DNA of 62,347 nt, the filler included. It is 12 parts of 12 records of this genome, joined end to end, with 100 filler letters (N's around TTAATTAATTAA, not from the genome) between each part and the next. Parts side by side here need not be neighbours in the genome. Positions count along the whole stretch, not along the records: positions 38,295 to 44,979 come from SRR7504441_20706; positions 45,080 to 48,761 come from SRR7504441_20717; positions 48,862 to 53,590 come from SRR7504441_20734; positions 53,691 to 57,894 come from SRR7504441_20735; 8 more parts are not named here. One strand, written 5' to 3'. How positions within the stretch are numbered: position 1 is the first letter of the stretch; each line of letters opens with the position of its first letter. The notes beneath the pieces are model-generated. The model was not told where the DNA came from, searched no databases, and worked only from the letters and a program-made list of their open reading frames with translations. The position numbers and the translations under genes are program-made. Below are positions 43,200 through 53,703 of the stretch, one piece after another.

Positions 43200-44468
43200 A
43201 TGGGACTATGGGTGATTGGGGTTGCGATCTACGTGATCGGACGGACCACAATGGCACTGGGGGGCAACCTGCAGCGGTACAGCATGGAGAAAGAAAAGCA
43301 CCGCCCCGAGTTGGACAAGCGAGCCCGGATGCGGCAGCCGCTGCTCGTGACCGGGCTGGTTCTGTTTGTCGGGAGTGGGATCTTCCAGAGCTCAGCTGTG
43401 ATCTTCGCCCCGCTCTCGATACTGGCGCCATGCGGGGTAGTGTTCATCGTGGCTAACGCCATATTCGCGGCCTGGCTCAACGGCGAGCGGTTCGTGTGGA
43501 AGGAGGACGGGCTGTGCAACCTGGTGATCATGGTCGGAGTGGTTCTGTGCATCAGCTCGGCGCCCAAGGAAGAGCAAGGCCAGGGCGGAGGCGACTCAGT
43601 GCACACGTATACCGACGAGGAGTTGGTCGCACTGTACCAGCAGGCCACCTTCGCCTTTTACATCGTGATCGTAGTGACGGTGGTCGGGCTGTTCATGCTG
43701 GCCAAATACCTGATCCTCAAGGGGGTGGACTGGGACTGGAGTAAGCTGGCGCTCGACCAGACAAAGATCACTGTCGTCAATCTGAGCTACGGGTGTATTG
43801 CTGGGATGCTCGGAGGATTCAACGTGACGCTCACCAAGAGCATGTTCTCTGTGATAGGCGGTATGCTCGAGGGCGAAGGCATTCTCGGGCTGCTTACCTC
43901 CTGGCTGTTTTATTGCCTCTCTGCAGCGCTGCTGGCCGCGTTCCTGTTTCAGTTGGTGTGCATCACTGATGGGCTAGAGAAGTGCAGCGCAATGGTAGTG
44001 ATGCCGTGCCAGGCTGTATGCGAGACCCTGAGCACTGCGTTTGGAGGGCTTTTGTATTTCCAGGACTACAAAAAGTTCAGTACTGGCACGGCGTTTGTGT
44101 TCGCTCTGGGCAACTTGCTAGCGGTCATAGCTGTAGCTGTGATGGTTCGGCTCAGAATGGGGCACGAGTTTGCCATCGCGGTTGGGCTGGCCGACGAGAT
44201 TGAGATGCCCAACGATTCGGGCGCGTATTCACCACGATCTGTAGTGGGGAATGTGCTTTCAATATCCAATTCCAACAGCCCCACCTCGCCGGGATCAGAC
44301 GGCGGGATCGGCAACCCGCAGGGGCACGGCTTCCAAGTGATACAGCTGGTGGAGACCTCCACGCCTGTTATGCATGATGAATTAGCGGGGTCACCGACCA
44401 ATGCGGAGCTGCTGAAAGGAGCTGGCACCAAATCGCCTCGGAACAAGGGCCGTGATGACGGCCTGTAG
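43200..44468 (+). CDS. NIPA-type Mg2+ transporter (DMT superfamily)
   Basis: About 9 TM helices; G.NLQR, FAPLSILAP.G...VAN.IFA..LNGE and GGLLYFQDY; intronless. Confidence 0.85.
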   Translation: MGLWVIGVAIYVIGRTTMALGGNLQRYSMEKEKHRPELDKRARMRQPLLVTGLVLFVGSGIFQSSAVIFAPLSILAPCGVVFIVANAIFAAWLNGERFVWKEDGLCNLVIMVGVVLCISSAPKEEQGQGGGDSVHTYTDEELVALYQQATFAFYIVIVVTVVGLFMLAKYLILKGVDWDWSKLALDQTKITVVNLSYGCIAGMLGGFNVTLTKSMFSVIGGMLEGEGILGLLTSWLFYCLSAALLAAFLFQLVCITDGLEKCSAMVVMPCQAVCETLSTAFGGLLYFQDYKKFSTGTAFVFALGNLLAVIAVAVMVRLRMGHEFAIAVGLADEIEMPNDSGAYSPRSVVGNVLSISNSNSPTSPGSDGGIGNPQGHGFQVIQLVETSTPVMHDELAGSPTNAELLKGAGTKSPRNKGRDDGL

Positions 44469-44872
44469 TCATCTAGCAGCATGGTACACTGTTTTCATTG
44501 ACTGATGAGGTCATAGGCGCAAGGTGATGCACCAAAATTTAGACCAACGTCGCAAAATCATGATCACACGGTCGTGATTGATCATGAATGCTCGTATATC
44601 TAACATGCTCTCAAGCCCCAAGTTTGATAAAGTGATTTATGCGCAATTCTAATTCTTACATGATCGTAGTACAGTTCCTATCAAGTTCCCAACTAGTCGC
44701 CGGCATCATTAATTAATCACTCAACATGACATTGTCATCACTGGTATCGATCAGGCACTCATGACACGTTTTTGGGCTTGGGACATCACCGTTCACGCAT
44801 TGCCCGTCACGCACGCACAAAATGCTGCGTTCGCAAAGAGGCGCAACGCAGAGCTCTACCGCAAGCAAACAC

Positions 44873-44979
44873 ATGGTAAGCTGGCTCCGCGTGCCGGCGC
44901 TCAGACCGGGTGTTGGCAGATCCGCTCCGTCCGTATCATCGCTCTCTTCCTCGCCGCCCTGGCCGTGGCCGCTCCCGCC
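44873..44979 (+). CDS. 5' end of a secreted protein; first coding exon is the ATG alone
   Basis: ATG|GTAAG...GGCAG (intron 44876-44919) then IRSVRIIALFLAALAVAAPA running into the gap. Confidence 0.55.
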
Positions 44980-45471
44980 NNNNNNNNNNNNNNNNNNNNN
45001 NNNNNNNNNNNNNNNNNNNNNNNTTAATTAATTAANNNNNNNNNNNNNNNNNNNNNNNNNNNNNNNNNNNNNNNNNNNNAGCATTTAATACTACTTCCAA
45101 GCATTTAATTTTACCAACACTCAGCTATATAGTATGATTTGTTCAACTTCGGTGGGAATCAAATATTTACATGTAATCGTAATGATTGTAATATACATGT
45201 AATTAATCGCAGCTTGGGAAGCGCGCCGAGAGCTTGCTCTCATAGAGCGCCTGACCACAGGAGCTAGATAACTGATTGCCCGCATCCTCTGTCCCTAGTG
45301 ACACCCACCAGGCACGCAGCGAGGCGATAATTAATAATGAGGAGACTAGCGCAACAACAGACATTGCTGGCCGACACGAATAGGTTTTAATTCAATTGAG
45401 GAGGATAAATTATAGCTAGCTATGGTATGGCTTAAGGAATTTGAGCAATACTTACCGGAATAATCCTCGTT

Positions 45472-48400
45472 TCACTCCTCTTTCATAGTGATCGGAGGCC
45501 GCACCCCGATTTGAAGCTCGATCGTTGTGTCGCCAGACATGAAGTCGAGCACGGGGCAGAACCGGCCTTCAGGCAGACTGATCGGCCTGCCTGCTTGATG
45601 CCCGGCCACGAAGAAGAACAGCTCAGCTCCTTGGCGGCCAAACACCAAACTCACCCCTATCACCATGCCCGGGTGCTCGTCTGGGATCGGTGCACACAGC
45701 GACTTATTACTCCCTCCGTGCCAGATGTTGCCGTCAGCCAGGCCGAGACACCACCCGGCACGCGTGTTACTCGAAGCCGCGTTACCCGCCGCCCGGAAAC
45801 TGTCTGTGCACACACCCACCCTCGCACTGACGCCCTTGCTCACCACCACCTGTCGCACCCACTCATAACGTCACGCCTCGCGGCGCACCTCCCAGTAGTG
45901 CTGGCCGGTGCTCATCCGAAGCCGTGCCACCGCCGACCCTTGCGTGCTGACCTGACACTTGCCGCTCCGCCGATCCAGCCCGATCGTCACGTTCGGGTGG
46001 CATTTCTCTGCGTCAAAATACAGCACATCCGCCACCTGCACGTCCGATCACCGGAGGCACCCAGACCGACTCGCCTGAGTCGACACCTCACCACTCCAGC
46101 CACCAGGACCAGCACTCGTGTGCGCCCGCACTCTGAATCGGTGCACACTCCCAGGTTCAAGCGCCTCCGCTAGGTACTCCGTGTCCAGCCCACGGTATAC
46201 CGTCCGGAACGCACCCTTGTAACGTTGGCGGACCCGTTGCTCAAGTGAAGCGCCCTTGGCCGGGTTGGAGCCTCCTCCGCCGGCACCTCTCTGGACTTCA
46301 AAGCTGTGAACCTTGAGCGAAGATGATTTGGGCGCCTCAAAAGTGACGTAAATGGAGAGTCCGTTGGCGACCGCCTTGAGCTGAGCGGGCGCTGCTGGGC
46401 CTCCGACCATACCGAATATCTTTAGCGCAGCGGCCGCATCTCCAGAGAACGAAAGCGCCAGCTCGCCGCCTGCCCGGCCTGTCAGACGGCACGTGGCCGA
46501 GTGGGTGACCGTTGACAGGGTTGAGCTCCAGTCCGCTCTGCATCTGACTGGTCTGCTCTATGAGACTCCTCAGCTCGGCGAACTGTGAGAGAAGAGCCAC
46601 GTCGTCCTGCTGCATAGCGCTCTCACACTCGGCCAGGCTCACTTCTGTGTGTGCCCGGACGGCCGCTAGCTCGTCCCTTTGCTCGTGCAGCGCTCCAGAC
46701 AGCAGTTTGGCGTCGGCATCCACGTCTCGTTTCAGCACCTGGCCGCAAATTTCCAATTACAGCTTCCTAATTATTAGGCACCTGCTGTCGGGAGTCAACA
46801 AGTCGGTGGAGCGCCACACACTGCCTGTCGATCTCCTCTCGCTTCATCTCAACGTTCCGTTCCAGATTGTTCAGCACCGAGGCCACCTCCATTAGCGCGC
46901 CGTCGATCATCCCCCGCTGGGCGTTCATCTGAGACCTCAGTGCCAGCACGGTCGAGCGAGCCTGCCCTACCCAGCTCACACCGGCCAGGCCTGGTGCGGT
47001 ACGTCCGTAGCGGAGCTCTGCTTGGCATCTTCGACCGCCTTCTCGGCTTCCACTGCGGCCTCGATCTTGGACACCACCAGCTCATGCAATGAAGGGTCGT
47101 TAGACTCCTGCCCCCCTGTTACAACAAGTGAGCAGCGTGTGAGGCCTTCAGGCGGGAGAGCAACATCAAATTCTCCTGCTTAAGCCGCTTGATCTCATCC
47201 TCAGGGGTTGGTTCACCCCCGCTCCCCGCATTGAGCTGAGATACTGTCAGCGCTGACTTGGACAGCTGTCGGTTCCGGTTAATGCTGCCAACCGCTCCAG
47301 GCCGACCCGAGTGCGGCTGCACCTCTGCTGCAGTTCGCTCTCTTCGCGCTGACTCCTCCGGTTGATCAAATCCAACACGTGCGTGTTGACCTGCCGTTGG
47401 ACTCAACGGCCAACGGCAGGTAATTACCCGGAGAGACACCACCCCCGTCTTGGCGAGTGGGACAGTCAGCAGACAGACTGGGCACTTGATCAGCCTAGAG
47501 GCGCCGCCCTTTGCCACGTGCAGCGCGAATGCGGCCTCGAGCGCCTTGTGCGAGATGGTGTGCCCGCATGCGAGCAGCCGGGGCAGCAGGGCGCCCTGCG
47601 GCTCAAACTGCCTCCGTTCTACAGGGCAGACCTATCGTGCATGTCACACCACAAGCAGCGCCCAGTGGGGCACCGTGATAGCAATCGCAGTGCTCTCGGC
47701 CGTGTCGGTCGGGACAGCCACGGCCAGCGCGGAGGTTTCGAGCGGGTGGGCTGGGACGGCGGGGGTCACAGCAGGCGGCTCCGCTTTGATCTGTTGGGAC
47801 TTGGCTGCAGAGACTACAGCAGTGAGTTTGGGAGTAGAAGAGAGGAGCTGGCCGCGCACAGTCTCATTGTCGCCCTGAACACGGCCGTTTGACATTCTCT
47901 CAGGCGGCCAAGCGCCTGTCGGGTGGAGATTAATGTGTTGAGGTCCCGCCCAAATGTTATCAGGTGGACGGTTCCGCTGATCTGGACCCAGTGCTGCTCC
48001 CCCAGCGGGCACTGGGCGTAGGCCGCCTCATCATCCACCACCTGCCGCCGGGTGACACCGTGCGCCGGCCTGGCCGCCGCCTTATCGGCGCACGTGACGA
48101 CCAGCCGGGCATCTGGCAGAAACTGGAGCCGAGCCCCGCCCCAGGACCAAACGCTCTCCTCCAGAGCCTCCGACGGCATCAGCCAGTCGGCTTCCTCGGT
48201 CCTCTACCCGTCGGTTGGACCGGGCCGGCCCGAGGGGCACCGGCTTGAGCTGGAGGAGCCTCAGCTGCAGGTCCGGGCCGCACTGGAGCAGCACCCCCTT
48301 GCGCACAGTCTTGTCTACCGACGGCGTCGGGGCCTCCAAGGGGGGGAGGCACCGGGCAGCCGGGTGACGGTGATGGTGTCGTAGGTCAGACCGAACTGGA

Positions 48401-48617
48401 CCCTGCCCTGGGCTGGGCTGGGACACCAGGCGGTGCGGCACCGGTGGTGGATCCCCCGGATCTGGGCCGCGACGGTGCCGGCCACTAGGGTCCAGGAGCC
48501 GGCGTGTTCGAGGGTGGAGTCACCCCAGGTGGCCACAAGCAGCCCCTCCGGCTCGAACCGAAGCAGCCCGTCCCCCCAGGTGTACACCGCCCCCTCCAGC
48601 AGCGACGATTGCTCCAT
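45472..48617 (-). CDS. TRIM-like protein: duplicated N-terminal beta-domain, degenerate RING, coiled coil, FN3, SPRY; many introns
   Basis: CPV...PRLLACGHTIS...IKCPVC...SLRVNTHVLDLI, long heptads, FN3 (LEPGSVHRFRVRAHTSAGPGGWS) and SPRY (RVGVC...GMVIGVSL..LFFFV.G...FCPVL). Exons joined by 36-42 nt introns. Confidence 0.7.
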
Positions 48618-48861
48618 ACAAATGCAGACTGATGGGGACTGTTCTACTGTAGACTGTAGACTGTAGACTCTATACAGGCAGGACCAGCGTAAAATGAGAA
48701 TATCTTGGGGAAGGCCGTTCTCGCCGAGTACTTAGGCTACGGACCTCATACAAAGTGCTACNNNNNNNNNNNNNNNNNNNNNNNNNNNNNNNNNNNNNNN
48801 NNNNNTTAATTAATTAANNNNNNNNNNNNNNNNNNNNNNNNNNNNNNNNNNNNNNNNNNNN

Positions 48862-49064
48862 TGCTGCTGCTGCTGCTGCTGCTGCCTCCTCAGCTGTTGC
48901 TGTTGCCTCCTGCTCAGCTTCTCACTTGGCTGCTCGTCAGCCCCTCCATCGATCAGCTTACCGGTCTTGATCATTGACCAGGTCACTTCCGCCAAATCCG
49001 TTTCCGCTTGCAGTAGCCTTCTGGTAACCTCATCCCAGTCACCTTCCACGTCTCGGATCTTCAT
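48862..49064 (-). CDS. Partial hypothetical protein ending in a (CAG)n polyglutamine tract at the contig end
   Basis: MKIRDVEGDWDEVTRRLL...RRQQQQQQQ; (TGC)n at 48862-48884. Confidence 0.4.
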
Positions 49065-49276
49065 TTCCTCATCCGATGCCACTGGATAAAGGTACTCCCA
49101 GCTAACAAGTTCGACCCGCTGCGCGCGATGACCATAAAGCCCATATCAAAGCCCACATAATTAACATTAGAATTGAGTTATTCAGACTACCGGTATGTAC
49201 ACCGAAAACTCCATCACCTCCCTTGGTGCCTAGAGGTTCTAGGCCTCTGGGGAGCGAAAGTAAAAATCTTGTGCGT

Positions 49277-50468
49277 CTAAGCCGGCCGATGGCCGGGGCG
49301 CCGCCAGCCTACGAGCCACGGATCCTCAAGCACCTGCTCGAGCGCTAGTCGGTCGGTCTGACGATGGGCCATCATGCTGAGCACCATTTGCTTGCTGGCT
49401 CTACTCCGGTGCCGCCACTCAGGGCCACTCATCGGGCTGTAAGCACCTTCGCGCACCCTTTGCTCCACGGCGGCTTTGGGCTCGTTCGGGTCTCGCCAGA
49501 ATGGGTGTCCCTTGACCAGGCAGATGTACATGATCACGCCCAGGCTGAACACTGCCCACCAGTCAAACAACAGACCGATTCGGTTGCATACCGTCCACTT
49601 TGTGCGGATCGGACCCATAGTCGACCACCGCCCGTTTCCCCTCCGGCTTGGCCGCCTGGGACGCGTTGAGCAGCTCGGGCGCAGTGTACCCGACGGTGCC
49701 GCACTGGAAGGTGAACACCCCGCCGGGCTCCACCCCCATCCGGGCCAGCCCAAAGTCGGCCACCTTGAGCTGGTCTATCCCGCCCGGCCCGACCAGCACG
49801 TTCTCGGGCTTGAGATCCCTGTGGATGGCGCCCAGCTTGGTCTTGAGATAGATCAAAGCATCGGCGATGTGGTGCACGATCGTGGCCACCTGCCGCTCGG
49901 TGGCCGACATCGCAGCCCCAAGGCCCCAGCCGGGCACGGCGGCGGTCAACCAGCTGAATAAGTCTGGCGAGACTTTGGGTGCCGGCATCGGGAAGAGCTC
50001 CATCACCAGTGAGAGTGTGTTCCGGTAGGCAAACACCTCCTCGATCCGGACCAAGCGCGGGTGCTCGGCGCACTGGACCATCAGCCCGATCTCGCGCTCG
50101 AGCGCCAGCCCCTGGGCGGCCCGCTTAATCTCCTTTATAGCGAACGCTGCCCCGTCCGACTTGCGGGTGGCCTCGAGCACCACGCCGTAGGTGCCCCTTC
50201 CGAGCACCCGGTCCAGATGGTGCTCGTAATAGCGCCGCGGATCCCGACGCCGCAGTCCGTGATGAAACTGTTGGGCCGCGGCCGCCTCTACATTTGTCTG
50301 CTGCTCGTAGGCCGAAGCCACAAGCTCCAGGTTGCGATCGAGCGACTCACGAAGCCGCGCCTCGCCTGCCACCGAGCGGCTGCCGGAGAGCGACTCACGG
50401 AGCTGCCGGACTGTCCCACTGCCGGAGGCCCTGCCCGACCGCTGACCACAGGGCGGCTTGTTGCCCAT
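49277..50468 (-). CDS. Ser/Thr protein kinase (CAMK-like), possible N-myristoylation (MGNK)
   Basis: GRGTYG, AIK, HRDLKPEN, DFG, GTVGYTAPE and D|VFSLGVIMY across a 40-nt GT-AG intron. Confidence 0.9.
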
Positions 50469-50566
50469 GATGGAGATCGCCGTTATGAGTCCGTTGCCGG
50501 CTCCCAAGAATGGGAGTGCCGCGCCACGGGTGGTGTTGAGGAGGCATGTGTAGTTGGGACGTGCTG

Positions 50567-50965
50567 ATGGCGCGGGGGCTGCCGGATTACCCGCCGGCGC
50601 TCGGGATGCTGCCAGCGAGTACGGCGGCTGGCACTTGGGTGGAGCAGTCCTGGTGCAGCTGCTGCAGCGTCACGATAAAGACGGGGGACGCGATCAGCAG
50701 CTGCTGCGCCGACGACTTGCTGGTGTGCGACTGGTGCGGCCCGTGCCCATTCAGCTGTGGGTGGTTCATACGGTACACGCTGAGCGGCAACTACTTTTGC
50801 TGGCAAGGGGCTCACATCACGCTGGTGGATCAGGATACTTTGCTGTACGGATACCTCTGCTGCTACGGCCTGTACAAGAGGAGCAAACCGCAAGGCTCGG
50901 CAGTCACCCCGGAGCTGCAGCCTCAGCAGGCACCCCCGTCCCCGGTAGAGCCATTCAAGCCCTAG
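50567..50965 (+). CDS. Small Cys/Trp-rich hypothetical protein
   Basis: ATG-initiated 132-aa ORF divergent from the kinase; CSCC, CC and CDWCGPCPFSC motifs. Confidence 0.5.
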   Translation: MARGLPDYPPALGMLPASTAAGTWVEQSWCSCCSVTIKTGDAISSCCADDLLVCDWCGPCPFSCGWFIRYTLSGNYFCWQGAHITLVDQDTLLYGYLCCYGLYKRSKPQGSAVTPELQPQQAPPSPVEPFKP

Positions 50966-51337
50966 CCGCCCCGGTCGATCGCGCACCAGTAGAGCGAGCA
51001 AGTAAGCTTAGAAGTCGCTCGGTTGCGGCAATGCTACAACAACAATATTTTCTAGAGATAATGGCACAGGAATACAATCCACGCGGCCGCAGGCCGCGCA
51101 AGGAGCTCCGGAGGCGCGACATAGCGCGACGTCCGCCATGGATTTTCGGTGCTGTTTTGGGCAGATCGCACTATGTGAGCACTACTGTATGGTTAGGGTT
51201 AGTGGTATTTATGGGTTGTATGTGCATACGCTCAAAATTGTATATATACAATTTGCTTAATGGTACATGCACTGCTGCACGTACTCAGTGTGCTCGTTGT
51301 CACTGTGGTGGGTGATCGGAAGTCAATCACAAGTAAA

Positions 51338-52257
51338 TCAGAAGGCTTGGTAGCTGCACGGCATCATCGAGACCTTGGAGCCCTCTGGCAGCCCAACAAC
51401 GCCGTAGAGCGTTTGACTTCCGCGCTCAGTCCGACTCTGCAGCCTGCGAGCGGCCAGCTTGCGGCTCATCCCGCGCTGCTGTGTCCCGAAGCTCACAGTG
51501 CCTCTATCCAAGTCCAGCTCGACCAACACTATGTCCCCTTCTCCGAACCGAACATCGTAAGTCCGTCCGCAGTACCCGGTGCTCCCGTATATGTATCCAG
51601 CGTGCGAGAGCAGACAGGCGGTCCCGGAGCCGGCGGTCTGCCTGGTGCCCATCACGAAGCTTTGGGAGCCCACTCCTACCACCAGCCGGACGGCCAGGTT
51701 CTTAGGGTCCGACAATCGGTCCACACGCAGCGCCCACCGGTGCCTCCCGGCCCGGAACCCGCGCTCGGTGAAGGCCAGCTGGCTGATTTGGTCCACAACG
51801 TACGGGCTGCGGCTGGCCCCGCCTTGGCCCCGCCAGGCCTCCGCCTGGCCGACGATCCTGTGTGGTCCCAGCTCCAGCAGACTGGCCGGGCCCGGATTCC
51901 GGAAGCTGAGCGTGCTGGCGGCGCACCGGATGCAACGCCCCCGCGGCAGCAGCGGCAGCAGCGCCGGGCAGCCAGCTGGCCAGTGCCGCTGAGAGAGCGC
52001 GGGCCACAGCGGTTGGAGCCAGCGGCGGCACTGCGGGTGGCTGCTCTCGAGCAAGCTACCCACAGAGTCAAGCCCAGCCCAAGGGAACGGCACCAGAGCG
52101 AGCGGACCGTCAGCCGACCCCAAACCAGCCCAAACACACCCGGCTCGTCCAGTGCTGCCCACAGCCGCCACAGCCCCATCGCGTCCACACACAAGCCTGC
52201 TTCCCGCCAAAAGCTTTGCTGGCTATTGACACCGCGGCGCCGGCGGCAAGAAATCAT
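51338..52257 (-). CDS. SPRY-domain protein (N-terminal exons uncertain)
   Basis: GFRAGRHRWALRV, LVVGV, FGEGDIVLVELDLDRGTVSF and LYGVVGL. Confidence 0.65.
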
Positions 52258-52818
52258 GGTAGATCTAGACTACAGTAAGTAGGGAGTCCCTACGTACAGT
52301 GCGTGTGTGTGACCGGCTGACCACATGTGACGACTGACTGTGTGAACACTACGGAGATCGACGTCACGAGCAACTAATACTTCAGTCGCCGAGTCGCTAC
52401 AGTAGATGCGCGGTGCGACTCAAGATTAGCGTTTGTACATGTACAGAATTGAGATCAGCTAGGGTCTACGGCGGCGTCTAGGGCTTGGCTTTGTGCCTTC
52501 CTTAGCTTCGCGCTAGCTTGTCGGTTGAGCTTCGCGCTAGCTTGACGGTTAATCTTTGCCGATGGTCTGCGCGCCCCGCGCCGCTTATTCAATCGACTAA
52601 AAAAGAGTTTAAGTGCTCGGTATTTAACTCAACAGCTAGTCGAGCTAGTGCTCAAGCAAGTCCCACTAGTCAGCACTGTGTGTTGTCCTCGGCGAAGACG
52701 GCGATGCTATGAGGCCACTTGCGAGTGCCCAAGCGGCCATCGTTGCAGCCGTCAGTGGGGTGCTTGTGACGACACTCGCAGCTCAGAGAGATTGGCCCAG
52801 AGCGCAGCCGCTAGGCCG

Positions 52819-53496
52819 CTAAATCTTGTACTGTCCCATAGCGTAGGGCAGTCCGTCCACCTCCTGATTGTCAAAATATCTGCGCCATTGGGTCTCCACC
52901 TCAGACGAGCGCCTGTCCCGGGCCTGCGTCTCTCGCGGTCCGATCTGCTGGGTCCACGAGTAGCTGTGCTGGTCGAGCGTCCGGTCCTTGATCGCGTCGA
53001 ACGGGTCCGGGGGCGGGCCGTTCTTGGGCTGCCTCGGGGTGAGCGCCCAGGGCGGGGTCGGGAAAAAGCAGTTGTGGTCGCGCCAGTTCCAGCGGCGGAC
53101 CATGCTAAACGGAAACCCGGAGCCCTTGCCCGACTTGGGCCCGGTTAAGTCCCCCGCGCCGGGGCCTGGCGACTCCTCCTCGTGCAGCCGCACCCCGCCG
53201 TTGAGCGAGAAGGCGGCCTTGGCCCCGGTCATTGGGCCGCAGTCGCGCACCCGCGACTCGAACCCCTGGCTGCGCACCGAGAAGCTCTTCTTGAGCAGGT
53301 TGACCTGGGGCGGGTCGTAGTAGCAGGCGTGCGGGAACTTGCGGGTCCGCTGCTCCTCCAGGTTTGGGAACACGCAGGTTGACAGGGGGTCCCCCCGGGG
53401 GCAGCTCGAAAACTTGACCCCGCCCTCGCCCCACCGCGTCCCCCCGGGCGGCGGGCTCATCGGCGGAACCTCCTCCCGCCGCGCCCCCCGCGCCAT
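52819..53496 (-). CDS. Hypothetical Pro/Gly-rich protein (SPGPG motif, possibly ciliary)
   Basis: 225-aa ATG ORF with high GC3; YYDP, SPGPGA and FSM-R elements resemble SHIPPO-like repeats (weak). Confidence 0.5.
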   Translation of the reverse strand: MARGARREEVPPMSPPPGGTRWGEGGVKFSSCPRGDPLSTCVFPNLEEQRTRKFPHACYYDPPQVNLLKKSFSVRSQGFESRVRDCGPMTGAKAAFSLNGGVRLHEEESPGPGAGDLTGPKSGKGSGFPFSMVRRWNWRDHNCFFPTPPWALTPRQPKNGPPPDPFDAIKDRTLDQHSYSWTQQIGPRETQARDRRSSEVETQWRRYFDNQEVDGLPYAMGQYKI

Positions 53497-53703
53497 CAGC
53501 CGTCGCTTCGGGAGATATATTTAGCGTTAGATACCGGTATCTAGATCTGGACCGGAACTCGGATGTTCTGGGATGAGTCCCAGAGGTCGANNNNNNNNNN
53601 NNNNNNNNNNNNNNNNNNNNNNNNNNNNNNNNNNTTAATTAATTAANNNNNNNNNNNNNNNNNNNNNNNNNNNNNNNNNNNNNNNNNNNNGGCAGCTGAA
53701 GCG

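Noticed and set aside
15-48450. Introner-type transposable introns
   Set aside because: Introns are similar in length but share no recognisable sequence or terminal inverted repeats within this window; a genome-wide all-vs-all comparison would be needed.
48647-48669. Short tandem repeats (CTGTAGA x3; also 17789-17829 and 52503-52550)
   Set aside because: Ordinary local slippage duplications with no further structure.
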